A stretch of 64,000 nt of DNA from Octopus bimaculoides. Lineage: Eukaryota. The number at the start of each line of letters is the position of its first letter. The first letter of the stretch is position 1. The stretch covers positions 2,026,127-2,090,126 of the forward strand of contig NC_068997.1 in NCBI RefSeq assembly GCF_001194135.2. The letters run 5' to 3'. Shown piece after piece: positions 52,490 to 64,000 of the stretch. The position numbers were made by a program, and so were the translations under genes. The notes under the pieces are model-generated. The model searched no databases. It saw only the letters and a program-made list of their open reading frames with translations, and had not been told where the DNA came from.

Positions 52490-52660
52490 ATCGGCAGAAG
52501 TCACACATGCAAAAGGCTATCTCGTAGAATGTTTGGTACGCCCGGCGAAATGCTTAGCGGCATTTCGTCCGCACTTATGTTCTGAATTCAAATTCCATCC
52601 ATCCAATCAGAGTTCAGCTAGGGATCGGGATCAGTGTTGTTGACTAACCTCACCTCCATT
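52490..52660 (+). mobile_element. SINE family B, diverged and interrupted
   Basis: gcccggcgaaatgcttagcggcatttcgtccgcacttatgttctgaattcaaattcc. Confidence 0.7.
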
Positions 52661-53580
52661 AAGTATTACTTTTCTTGATCTTCATGAATGTTTTCTTGTC
52701 TCTGAGTAAATTACTTACATTTGTATTATATTTATCTCTATCCATGATAACAAATTACTTTTGTCACCCTTACTGATATTTGTGTTGATGTCTTTAAAAT
52801 TGTGAGATGCTTTTAACATTTATTTTATTTACCATATGTTTGTTGTTTTGTAAGATTTTATTATATCCTCTGCGGAGCTTGTTTTTGTTTTGGTCTTTTA
52901 AGTTTTTTAGCTTTCGGGTGTTTTAGCTTTCAAGGATTTTTTTTGGCTTTCAGCTTGATCTCAACATTTTTCTTCATTTGGTTGTTTTTAGGTTGTAGCT
53001 ATAAGGTTTTACCTGATCTAATCGTTTGCATTTATATGTGTGTGTATGATTGTGTTTGTGCATATGTGTGTATGCATAACTATGTCTCTCTCTCTCTGTA
53101 TATATATATATGCACATATATATATATATATATATGTGTGTATGCGTGTGTGTATAATATATATANNNNNNNNNNNNNNNNNNNNNNNNNNNNNNNNNNN
53201 NNNNNNNNNNNNNNNNNNNNNNNNNNNNNNNNNNNNNNNNNNNNNNNNNNNNNNNNNNNNNNNNNNNNNNNNNNNNNNNNNNNNNNNNNNNNNNNNNNNN
53301 NNNNNNNNNNNNNNNNNNNNNNNNNNNNNNNNNNNNNNNNNNNNNNNNNNNNNNNNNNNNNNNNNNNNNNNNNNNNNNNNNNNNNNNNNNNNNNNNNNNN
53401 NNNNNNNNNNNNNNNNNNNNNNNNNNNNNNNNNNNNNNNNNNNNNNNNNNNNNNNNNNNNNNNNNNNNNNNNNNNNNNNNNNNNNNNNNNNNNNNNNNNN
53501 NNNNNNNNNNNNNNNNNNNNNNNNNNNNNNNNNNNNNNNNNNNNNNNNNNNNNNNNNNNNNNNNNNNNNNNNNNNNNNNN

Positions 53581-53880
53581 ACGACGGGTTTCTTTTCAAA
53601 ATCCACTCACAAGGCTTTGGTCGGCTCGAGGCTATAATAGAAGACTTGCCCAATGTGGACCCGGACCCATATATCCGTGTGGGCATCTCTGGATTTTACC
53701 GAAGGCCATTTCTGTATATCTTATCTTTTACTTGTGTCTGTTATCAGACTGCGGTCTTGCTGGGGTTCGGCCTTGAAGAATTTTTAGTCAAATGAATGAA
53801 TCGACCCCAGTTCTTATAGTTTTTCTTTTTCTTTTCAATCCTAGTACTTATTCTATCGGTCTGTTTTGCTGAACCATGTA
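53581..53880 (-). mobile_element. SINE family A fragments
   Basis: tccactcacaaggctttggtcggctcgaggctataatagaagacttgccca and gaatcgaccccag...ctagtacttattctatcggtctgttttgctgaacc. Confidence 0.75.
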
Positions 53881-54579
53881 TACAGTTCTATCAATTACAT
53901 TTGGGGTTATATTTCAAAAGTCTTCGTTTTATATATATACCTAACGAAAAACTGTGGAAAATATGTAAGATAAAAGTGTAACACTTTCAGCTGTATTTTT
54001 TATGCATTCATTCATAGATCTTCTTACTATTGTTTCATTATGTTAAACCTTTCGACTGTGCTTGCGATTTGAATTCACAAAAGCAGAATAATACAGACTT
54101 TCTCTCTTTTCCCCTCTTTTTATCTATTTCTCTTTCTGCTTCCTTCCGGTTTCCCCTTTCTATTTTTTTTTCACTTAATTCACCATTTCCGTTGCTTCCT
54201 TTCTCTCTCCTCCCACCGCTTCTCTTTCTATGCTATATCTTTCTCCATTCCAGATATTACTTCTCTTGCGTAACACGCACTAAATCAGACAGATCGCAGG
54301 AACGCGTAGAATAATATTATAGGTGTTAGGAAAGGATTATAACACTGGTAAATACACCGTATAACGTTACTTAGATAGTGTGTAGGGTTAGAGAGCATAA
54401 TGAAATTGTAAAAAAATGATTATATAACTATTAAGGGATCAAATAAAATGAAAATTTAAAAAAATTAGCATTTGTAAATAATGCAGAGTAAGCTAACGTA
54501 TTTATTTACGGTTATGTAGTTTGGTTTGAAATGTTTGTACGTTTCAGAGATCCTGTGTATGCAAAGTGAGATTTGTTCA

Positions 54580-55075
54580 TGTTTGTTTAGAAGGGGAAAC
54601 GAGGCAAGGAGTACTTCGAGGAAGAATGTAGAGGGTGAGTAGTTGCCGGAGAAAGAGTATAAGGAAGAAAGTGGAGCGAAGGATAAGATGTAAGAGGAGA
54701 AAGAGAAGAACAAGAAAAAAAGGAGAAAAGGAGACGGGGAGAAAGAAAGAAAGAAAGGAGGTAGTAAGACAAGAAGGGGAGGATGGAAAAGGAAAGCCAG
54801 TAGATGGATAAGTAGAAGGAGAAAGGGAAAAAGGAAGAGGAGGCGGAGGTGGAGGCGTGGGAGGAGAAGGAAATTGTCGAGGTAAAGGAGAGTAGAAGTA
54901 GAAAGAATTGGAGAAGAGAGGGGAGGAGGTGGAGGAGAAGGAAGAGGAAAACCCAGCAAAGATTGGACGAGGAAAAGAATGAGGAATGAAAGAAGTGAGT
55001 AGAAGATAAGAGGAGACGGTTAAAGAGAAGGGAAAACCAATGACAGGAAATTGCATGTTTAAAAGAGGAGAATAT
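54580..55075 (+). repeat. ~500-bp purine-rich (GA) low-complexity tract
   Basis: Strongly A/G-skewed, no clean period. Confidence 0.85.
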
Positions 55076-55452
55076 TCGCTCAGTATTATGCTGGGAAAGA
55101 TATTCAAGTATTTGAAAATTCTATAAATGTAAGCCTAACTACATATTAATAAAATTAAAAACGAAATATCTATAACGACAGATAATTAATTAACTCGATG
55201 GTCTTCTCTGTCCAAATTTACCTTATGTATTAATTAATTTTCACTCCACCTCCCACTTTTAACTTCACCAACACCTTACAGTTTTCTGTTGTCTCGATTC
55301 ATTATAATTATGGCATTTTACTCGACTATTTTCAAAACATGCAATTTATATTTACAGAACTGAGAAGCATGAGAGTACCTCGTGCAGAAGATATTCTCTC
55401 CTTTTTGCTCATTCTTTCGTCACTATCTTTTCTTCTTCTTCTTCTTCTTCTT

Positions 55453-55483
<31 letters not shown>

Positions 55484-55739
55484 TTCTTCTTCTTCTTCTT
55501 CTTCTTCTTCTTCTCCTCCAACCTCTTATAATCGTCATTTACTTCTAAACTCCTCTCCACTTTCTAGAACCATACTACATGTTTGTCATATTAACCAAAT
55601 ACCCTCTTTCTGTCATCTATTTCCTCTACAACAGTAGATTTTCATATCTCCCGCCAATAAAATTGCATTTATAAACTATTGTTATCTCCTTTTACTAGCA
55701 TTTACATACATACATTACATTTATTTTAAATCTTTACCT

Positions 55740-55920
55740 TTTTCTCACTCATTGGAATGCAGCTATGCTAGGGCACCGCCTTGAAGGGTTTTAGTCGAAC
55801 AAATCGACACCCAAATACTTATTAATTTTTTAAAACCCTGGTACTATCGGTCTCTTTTGCCGGACGTAAACAAACAAACGCTGGTTGTCAAACAGTGGTG
55901 GGAGATAAATACGAACATAA

Positions 55921-55958
<38 letters not shown>

Positions 55959-56150
55959 TCAACACAACGCACAGATATATTCATGTATATATATACACCA
56001 ACCTTCGTTAAGTATCCGTCTACCAAATCAAGTCAAAAGGCTTTGATCAGTCAGGGGCTATTAAAGAAGACACTTGCTAAAGTTGCCAGACGGTGGGACT
56101 GAACCTAAAACCGTGGGGTTGGAAAACCTCTTAACCACACACCCACATCT
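55740..56150 (-). mobile_element. SINE family A, full length
   Basis: Tail gctatgctagggcaccgcc through to head gggactgaacctaaaaccgtggggttggaaaacctcttaaccacac. Confidence 0.85.
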
Positions 56151-56267
56151 ATTATTTATTAAAGTTAGACTTGTCGTTCATACTCTTAGCTATTCCATAG
56201 ATTTATACATTTAGAGACACACTAGAACCAAATTCTTGGATCTTACAACTATCATTCCGCTCAGATA

Positions 56268-56597
56268 GTGCATCAGTCTCTTTATATGCATGTTGGATGG
56301 CGAACAAGGGTGTGGAGTGGAGTGAAAGCATTTGAAGAGGCCAGGATGATGCAAGCAGGGCTCAAGAGACATTTAAGGAAAAAGGTGAAGACTGAGAAGG
56401 TGAATGACAAGGACCTTTTTGTGTGCACAGTCTGTGACAGACCATGTCTGTCCTTGGCTGGCCTCAAATCTTACCTGCGAACCCATGGAAAACAAACCTC
56501 ACCCAGCTATTCTGATTATATGTCTGTGCACACGTTTGAATGTGGTGTGTGCCAGAGGGTTTGCAACTCCAATGGGGGTCTTAAAAGACATGTTAGG
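56268..56597 (+). mobile_element. RTE-type LINE 3' end carrying two C2H2 zinc fingers
   Basis: WRTRVWSGVKAFEEARMMQAGLKRHLRK (RTE post-RT motif), FVCTVCDRPCLSLAGLKSYLRTH, and FECGVCQRVCNSNGGLKRHVR (cut by a gap). Confidence 0.7.
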
Positions 56598-56623
56598 NNN
56601 NNNNNNNNNTGTATGTATGTATG

Positions 56624-56657
<34 letters not shown>

Positions 56658-57525
56658 TGTATGCATGTATGTATGTATGTATGTATATATGTATGTATGT
56701 ATGTATGCATGTATGTATGTGTGCGTATGTGTGTATATATATATATATATGTATGTAAGTATGTATGTATGTGTATGCATATATGTATGTATGCGTGTTT
56801 GTATGTATGTGTGTGTATTTATATATATATATATGTAGATATGTGTATGTATGTATGTGTGTGTATGTATGCATGTATGCGTGTAATGTATGTATGTATA
56901 TATGCGTTATGTGTGTGTATATATGTATGCATGTATATGTGCGCGTGTACACATGTGTGCATGNNNNNNNNNNTGTATATATGTATGCATGTATATGTGC
57001 GCGTGTACACATGTGTGCATGTGTATACATATGTGTATGTATACATGTGCGTATGTATACATGTATACATGCGTGTGCGTATGTATGTGTATTTGAGTGT
57101 GTGATTGGTGAGCGTTTATCAAATGGGTGATTCTCTGTATATGTGTGGGCGTGTGTGTGCATGTGATTGTATGCGTGTGGGTGTGTGGGCGTGTGTGTGC
57201 ATGTGATTGTATGCGTGTGGGTGTGTGGGCGTGTGTGTTGGCTTTGAGTATGCACGTATTTTGCATGAATCTCTCTGTGTACGTCCAGGTATGCTTGTGT
57301 GTACAATTGTCTCTGTTTGCTTAAGTGCGTGCGCGCATGTGTATGTGAGTGTGTGTGGGGTATGTGGGTGTATGTGTGTGAATTCGGGTGTGGGTGGGTG
57401 TGATTTATTTGAAGTTATGTTCTTAGAAATAACAGCGATCACAGGAACAAAAACTATAATAGAAAGAACTAGAATTACAACAACGGCGACAACAATGACA
57501 ACTTGCTGCTAATAATAATAATAGT

Positions 57526-57592
<67 letters not shown>

Positions 57593-58051
57593 ACAACAAC
57601 TATAACAACAACAGCAGCAGCAACAACAACAACAGCAATAAAAACAAAACAAACAAACGAGTAGAAATTACGATTGAATGAAGATTATGATAACTAGGAT
57701 TATGGTTTACATTAGTTAATATGAGAGTAAAGAAATGTCTTTGAAGTTTCCGGTAGATATTGGTAATGGAATTCTAATTAAGCCGAGAAAGGAAGCAAGG
57801 AAGAATAGGAAACTCTTATATGATATGGTTCATATATTTTTCAACCATTTCAAGATCGTTGTAGTCAGATCTTAACACAATGCTACATATCTCCACATTT
57901 ATATAATTTTATCGCGTGCGTTTATATATATGTATGTATGTGTGTATATGAGTGTATACATATGTATATGTGTCTGCATGTGTAAGTATATCTGTGTGTG
58001 CGTGTATGTATGTCTATATAAATATATGAATGTATCTATGTGTATATGTGA

Positions 58052-58126
<75 letters not shown>

Positions 58127-58977
58127 TTATCTTGTTGTTTCAGGTGATATTTTAAAGAACAGAACTCCATTCGTCAGTGTTGTTTCGTGTCAACACTATT
58201 TCCATGAAGATACACATCATGTAACAATACATAATACAACCAACAACACGTCAAAGATGTACAACTTGTATCACAACATAAAACACGTACACACATCTAC
58301 AAGGTACGAGGAAACATCTATTTCCTCACAACGTACAAGAGGAAGCTATACAACATCTAATAAGCAAATATCAGAAAAACCAATTACAACAAAATTTTCC
58401 CAACCGGCAACACGATATACAACAATGCAATTGGCATTACTATAAGGCTAAGGAAAACCCTTACAGCATAACATCTCAAGACAAAATGTGCAACACAAAA
58501 CGTCACAAGATATCACCACATTGAACAAAACAAATACATAGTTTAAGTAAGTAGGACTTACTACAAAACAAGGTAGAAGACAAGAGGTGAGATATTACAC
58601 GAGGCGGCAATGATTTGGCACACAACATATAATGATGGAGAACGTAAGAATTGCAGAGAAAACGACACAAGCGACAACTCAACAGATTATAGAATGAAAG
58701 GCTATAACTTATATAAAGCGTACTCACAACGCACACACTGACGCATATACATGCAGACACACTCACGCGCACGCATGCACACACATTCACGCACACTCAT
58801 ATACACGCAGACTAACACACAAAGTCCACTTTAGTGGTCATTCCTCTTAATTTTGTATGTAATATCATTTTTCATCTTCGGATTTTTTAAATATGCTAAG
58901 CCACTGGTTTAATTGATTAATATTAATTTCTACACTCATTATTTAATTTTATATATACATATATACACAAACACACA

Positions 58978-59869
58978 CAAGGTCTGCTCAATAAGTATCC
59001 GGACTGTTGCCATATTAACGAAGCTAAAGCTCGCAGGGTGAAGCCACTTGACAAAATTGGCCTTGAACTCGTCTGTGCATGCGCACTTAGTTTTAACGTT
59101 CTAGCTCACTTCCGCTCTTTACAGCAGAACTTCGTAGGAAGGTGTGTAACGTGTGATCGCCGCATTGTCCATGACAGAGAAAATTGTCATGGCGATACCT
59201 GCTCAGAGGCCTACACAATGTTTCAGAAAGTGTATGGAGAGGAGTGTACTAGTCACACTCAAGTGTACGAGTGTTTCAGATGTTTCCAAGATGGCCGAAA
59301 AAATGTCGATACTGACGAACGTTCTGGAAGACCCGCAACCAGCACAACTGAGAAAAACATCGCAGATGTGCATGTAGCTGTGAGGGGAAATTGTCGAATC
59401 ATCATTCGTAAGTTATAAAAGGATGTGCAGATTAGCTACGGTTCAGTTCAGTCCATTATCACTGAAGATTTTGGTATGAGATGCATGTCTGCCAAGTTTG
59501 TGCCAAAACTGTTTTCAGCTGACCAAGAAGACACTCGGGTTTCAGTTGCACAAGATCTCTTTGATTGTGTTGAGAACGATGAAAACTTTTTGAAACCTTT
59601 ACGTGGGCCTCTGAGCAGGTATCCCCAAACTTTTGGCGAAATCTGATGCCGATTCTCTGTTCGACTTTCTCTGTCATGCCCAATGCGACGATCACACGCT
59701 ACACGCCTTCCTTGCAAGCACTGCTGTAAACAGCAGAAGTGAGCTCGAACTTCAAAAAATAGTGCAAATGCACAGCAGAGTTCAAGGTCAATCTTCACCA
59801 ATCGGCTTCACCCTGCGTGATTTAGCTTCGTTACTATGAAACATCTCGATACTTATTGATCAGATCACG
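58978..59869 (+). mobile_element. Non-autonomous fold-back mariner element, copy 2
   Basis: Ends caaggtctgctcaataagtatccgg and gatacttattgatcagatcacg|TA; remnant GDTCSEAYTMFQKVYGEE...DERSGRP...MRCMSAKFVPKLF...ENDENFLK joined to an inverted 5' arm. Confidence 0.9.
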
Positions 59870-59913
59870 TATATAGTATGAATACGCGCGCGCACGCACG
59901 TACGCGCACGCGC

Positions 59914-59949
<36 letters not shown>

Positions 59950-61156
59950 CAGAAGAGCGTAGGGTCAAAACATCAAAAACTTCCATTTTTCCTGCGTGTC
60001 AAATTCATACATCTTGTTTGTTGTTTCCTCACGTATCTGTTGAACAACTTTGAACCATATATATACATATACAGTATAAATCATACAATACACATATACA
60101 CATTTACATGCCTTATATACAACGCATACACAACACGACACATACATGTAACATCAGAGGACACACATCATTCACATCACGTACTTAAACCCATACACAA
60201 CACCTATACCATAGAAAACACTTACACGCACAATGCATATCACGTAAACAAGTCAAAATATCATATATTTATGCAAATATCATGTACAAAACACGCATAT
60301 ACGTATAACATCAACAACACCCACATGCATATACACACATGCACACACATACGCAATTGATATGGCAAATTTAGAGCAATGAAAAACAGGAAAACAGTGT
60401 CTGTTGAAGTATTGTGAACGGAAGGTGACACCGACAACAGCATCAATGTTTGCGTGTGTTGTACATGGCATAGGTATGTGCTGTGCATGGTGTTTATATG
60501 TGTCGTAAACGCTGTATATATGGGTTGTGTATGTGTTTTGTATGGTATAGGGGTTGTTGAAAATTCCGTGTCTTTAAACGTATCGTGAGAGGCCTGGTTG
60601 AAAGCCCAGCCTTCCGACTGCTTTTACATGTCATAGAAAACTGGAAGACCGCTGAAATAAGTGTGTGAATCTGAGAGGGAAACATGTTGCATTGTTGAAT
60701 GAAATCATATTTAACTGATCCTCCTGTATTTTCTTTTACTCAAAGCCTGGACCTTTTCAGTGCCTCCTCGTGTATGTATGTATGTATGTATGTATGTATG
60801 AACGTACGTACCTACGTGCGTATGTATGTATGTATGTATGTACGTACGTACGTATGTATGTATGTATGTATGTATGTATGTATGTATGTGCGTTTGTGTG
60901 TGTGTGTGTGCGTGTGTGTGCGTGTGTGTGTGTGTGTGTGTGTGCTGTGTATGGTTTATGCATTGTGCTGCGTCTGGTGTATATACGTGTTGTGTATGTG
61001 TATATACATGTATATACATGTATGGTATGTGCTGTGTACGGTGTATGTATGTGTTGCATATAGTGTATTTATGATGTGTGCATACGTGGTGTAACGCTAA
61101 CCACATGACATCACAAAGTAAACTTTATAAACAATTTCTAAAGGCGACATTAGTCC

Positions 61157-61820
61157 CTGGTGCTGCGATATCGGTAAAGAACATCTCCTTCACAACACTT
61201 TACTCCCTTTTTAACGATAACAAACGAAACTGAACCCTAAATCTATCACATAAGTAGAGAACATCCCCTTACAACACAAAGCTCCTTAACCAGGAAGAGA
61301 AACATTGGCTCCTCGTGCTATGGCAGAGGTAGAAAACATCCCCTTTTCAGCATAACTCTCTAATCAGCAATACAATGCAAACTGAGAAAGCTCCCTTTAC
61401 GATATAAGTCCGCCATGAGCGATAACAGCCTAGACATGCCCCTTTACAACATACAACTCTTAAATCTGCGATAACAACTCAAACTGGACGCTAAATTTAT
61501 AACAGAAATAGAGAGCATGCCCTTTACAACACATAGGTCTCTAATCAACAATTAAATAACCACTTTAAATCAAACACCTTCCTAATCAGCGATAATGACC
61601 CAAACTGTGCCCTGGAGCGATGACAGTTATAACGCACAACTTCTCAATTAGAAACCGAACACATTGGCCCCTGGAGTTACGACAGAGAGAGTGAACACCC
61701 ACTTTAAAATAACACAATCAACGATAATGGCCCAAACTGGGCCCTGAAGCGATGACAGAGATAGGGAACGTTGGCTTTTGCAAAGAACAACTTCCTAATC
61801 AGCATCCGAACACATTGTAC
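61157..61820 (+). repeat. Degenerate minisatellite, about 75-100-bp unit, roughly 7-8 copies
   Basis: Recurring blocks (g)aacatcccctttacaacac, ctctctaatcagcgataa, caaactg and gccctggagcgatgacagag. Confidence 0.7.
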
Positions 61821-62758
61821 AATATAAAGCAGTTATATAAAATTTATTTCACTAAACAGAACATTCAATTAAACAGAAATAAATAAATTTTAGTTAATTT
61901 CTCTCTAACGCGCGTTTATAACTTATTACTTCGCATAATATGCTCGGTGAAGGTTAAAAACGATTAAGTCTTAAGAAAGTTTTCATTAGAATAATTTGAA
62001 AAGACGGTGAAAGAACACTATTAATCGTTCGTGAATTCTGCTGTGTAAAGAAATATTTGCGGACATTCTGTTAGAGAAAATATGTTTTAAAAATATTATG
62101 AAACTGTTAAAAATCCAATGCGTGCAAGCAGAAAATATATTTGGACAAAACTTATTACACTGGCAGGAATTAACGGAAAGTTCTGAGAAAGAGAAGAAAA
62201 AAAAGAAAAAGACTACATTATTCATCAGCTTAATTCTATAAAGTAATTACAGAAAAGAAAAGAAAATATAAAAAGGAAAACAGTTAAGAAATAAACGACT
62301 CTATGATCCGGAAGATATTCTGTAATTCACGCTAAAATAAATGTGAAAAAGAAACTGCAGTTTAAGAAAAATTCCAAGTTTCTATTTAAATATGCATGCA
62401 ATTAAGTGAGAGCTTATCAATGTGCTCGCTTGTGGCTTCCCATACCTGTGTGAGTTGTATGAGTGTGCGTGTGTATATGTGTGAGCGTGTGTGTGTGTGT
62501 TTGAGTTTGTGTGTAAAATATGTGTGTGTACGTAAATACTCTTGTATGTATATGTATGCATTGCATATATATGTGTGTGCATGTATGTATGTATGTATGT
62601 ATGTATGTTTAGGTATGCGGGTATGAGCGAGTATAATATATATGTATANNNNNNNNNNNNNNNNNNNNNNNNNNNNNNNNNNNNNNNNNNNNNNNNNNNN
62701 NNNNNNNNNNNNNNNNNNNNNNNNNNNNNNNNNNNNNNNNNNNNNNNNNNNNNNNNNN

Positions 62759-62792
<34 letters not shown>

Positions 62793-62808
62793 TATAATAA
62801 TAATAGAG

Positions 62809-63038
62809 TGGCTAGCAAGCTTAACCAAAATAGGTAAAATATGTATAAAAATTAGGGTACATTTGGTATAGATAGATAGATAGACATATTTATGTACGCA
62901 TATATACATGCATACATACATACATACATATATGTATATGTATGTATATTTACGTACATAAATATATCTATGTATCTATACTAAATGTACCCTAATCTTT
63001 ACATATATTTTGCCTAATTTGGTTAAGCTTGCTGGCTA
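62809..63038. repeat. Long imperfect palindrome (fold-back) centred at 62930/62931
   Basis: Left arm gctagcaagcttaaccaaaataggtaaaat...attagggtacatttggtatagat; the right arm is its reverse complement at roughly 85% identity by eye. Confidence 0.9.
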
Positions 63039-64000
63039 ATTTATTATTATTNNNNNNNNNNNNNNNNNNNNNNNNNNNNNNNNNNNNNNNNNNNNNNNNN
63101 NNNNNNNNNNNNNNNNNNNNNNNNNNNNNNNNNNNNNNNNNNNNNNNNNNNNNNNNNNNNNNNNNNNNNNNNNNNNNNNNNNNNNNNNNNNNNNNNNNNN
63201 NNNNNNNNNNNNNNNNNNNNNNNNNNNNNNNNNNNNNNNNNNNNNNNNNNNNNNNNNNNNNNNNNNNNNNNNNNNNNNNNNNNNNNNNNNNNNNNNNNNN
63301 NNNNNNNNNNNNNNNNNNNNNNNNNNNNNNNNNNNNNNNNNNNNNNNNNNNNNNNNNNNNNNNNNNNNNNNNNNNNNNNNNNNNNNNNNNNNNNNNNNNN
63401 NNNNNNNNNNNNNNNNNNNNNNNNNNNNNNNNNNNNNNNNNNNNNNNNNNNNNNNNNNNNNNNNNNNNNNNNNNNNNNNNNNNNNNNNNNNNNNNNNNNN
63501 NNNNNNNNNNNNNNNNNNNNNNNNNNNNNNNNNNNNNNNNNNNNNNNNNNNNNNNNNNNNNNNNNNNNNNNNNNNNNNNNNNNNNNNTTGAATTTAGGAC
63601 GTTTATATTACCTATGAGGTTTCTATATTTTTCAGCAAGAGTGTAGTTAGGTCTTCAAGGAGTGGTACAAACCTAGCAATATGTCTTTTATAATGTAAAC
63701 AAAATTTCCATTCAAATGGCAATTACCGGACGATTTTCTGTTCGAGTCTAAGCGTCTGAACTCGTAGTGGAAACGCGACGTACGTCGCAAAGAGGCAGAC
63801 GAATATTGGATAAATTTCATAATTGAAAAATTTACTATATTTTGCACATACGAGTATATCACACTGTATATGGGCTCACGGGCACAATTGCGCCCGCGGG
63901 CAGAGGTTTCCCTACCCCTGGACTATGAATTGTCCTACAATCCTTATTTGGACCGAAAACTCTGCACAGGCATTACTGACCTCAGCTCGGTATGCGGTCC

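Noticed and set aside
56915-57015. Duplicated tatatgtatgcatgtatatgtgcgcgtgtacacatgtgtgcatg
   Set aside because: Flanks a 10-N gap; assembly overlap.
52-63862. The large majority of ORFs in the supplied track (IYIY, CVCV, HTHT, LSLS, poly-T/V/M/R, X-runs)
   Set aside because: They are translations of microsatellites or read through N-gaps; no coding signal.

Overview
Gappy (about 11% N), AT-rich, microsatellite-saturated animal genomic DNA. The repeat content ((TA)n/(CA)n/(GATA)n/(TAG)n plus two abundant tRNA-derived SINE families) looks like a coleoid cephalopod, probably Octopus; this is an inference. No host protein-coding gene can be supported. Almost all ORFs in the track are translations of microsatellites or N-gaps. 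The real coding remnants are transposable elements: a TA-flanked DD41D (rosa-type) Tc1/mariner copy that has lost its third catalytic motif, two oppositely oriented copies of a fold-back non-autonomous mariner, an R4/Dong-type RLE non-LTR fragment, four RTE-type LINE 3' ends (one with tandem C2H2 fingers), a Penelope-like RT interrupted by a small fold-back MITE with a 10-bp TSD, a decayed hAT transposase and a Helitron-like 3' end. The most interesting signal is at 40.2-40.9 kb: a non-coding ~350-bp unit present as two diverged head-to-tail copies plus an inverted partial copy. Each direct copy carries a type I hammerhead-ribozyme-like motif (stem I CCAGTA/TACTGG, core CCGATGA...GAAA, palindromic stem III ACCATGGT, GUC site). 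This is the architecture of a non-LTR retrozyme or Penelope pseudo-LTR. All translations and alignments were done by eye; no database searches were run.
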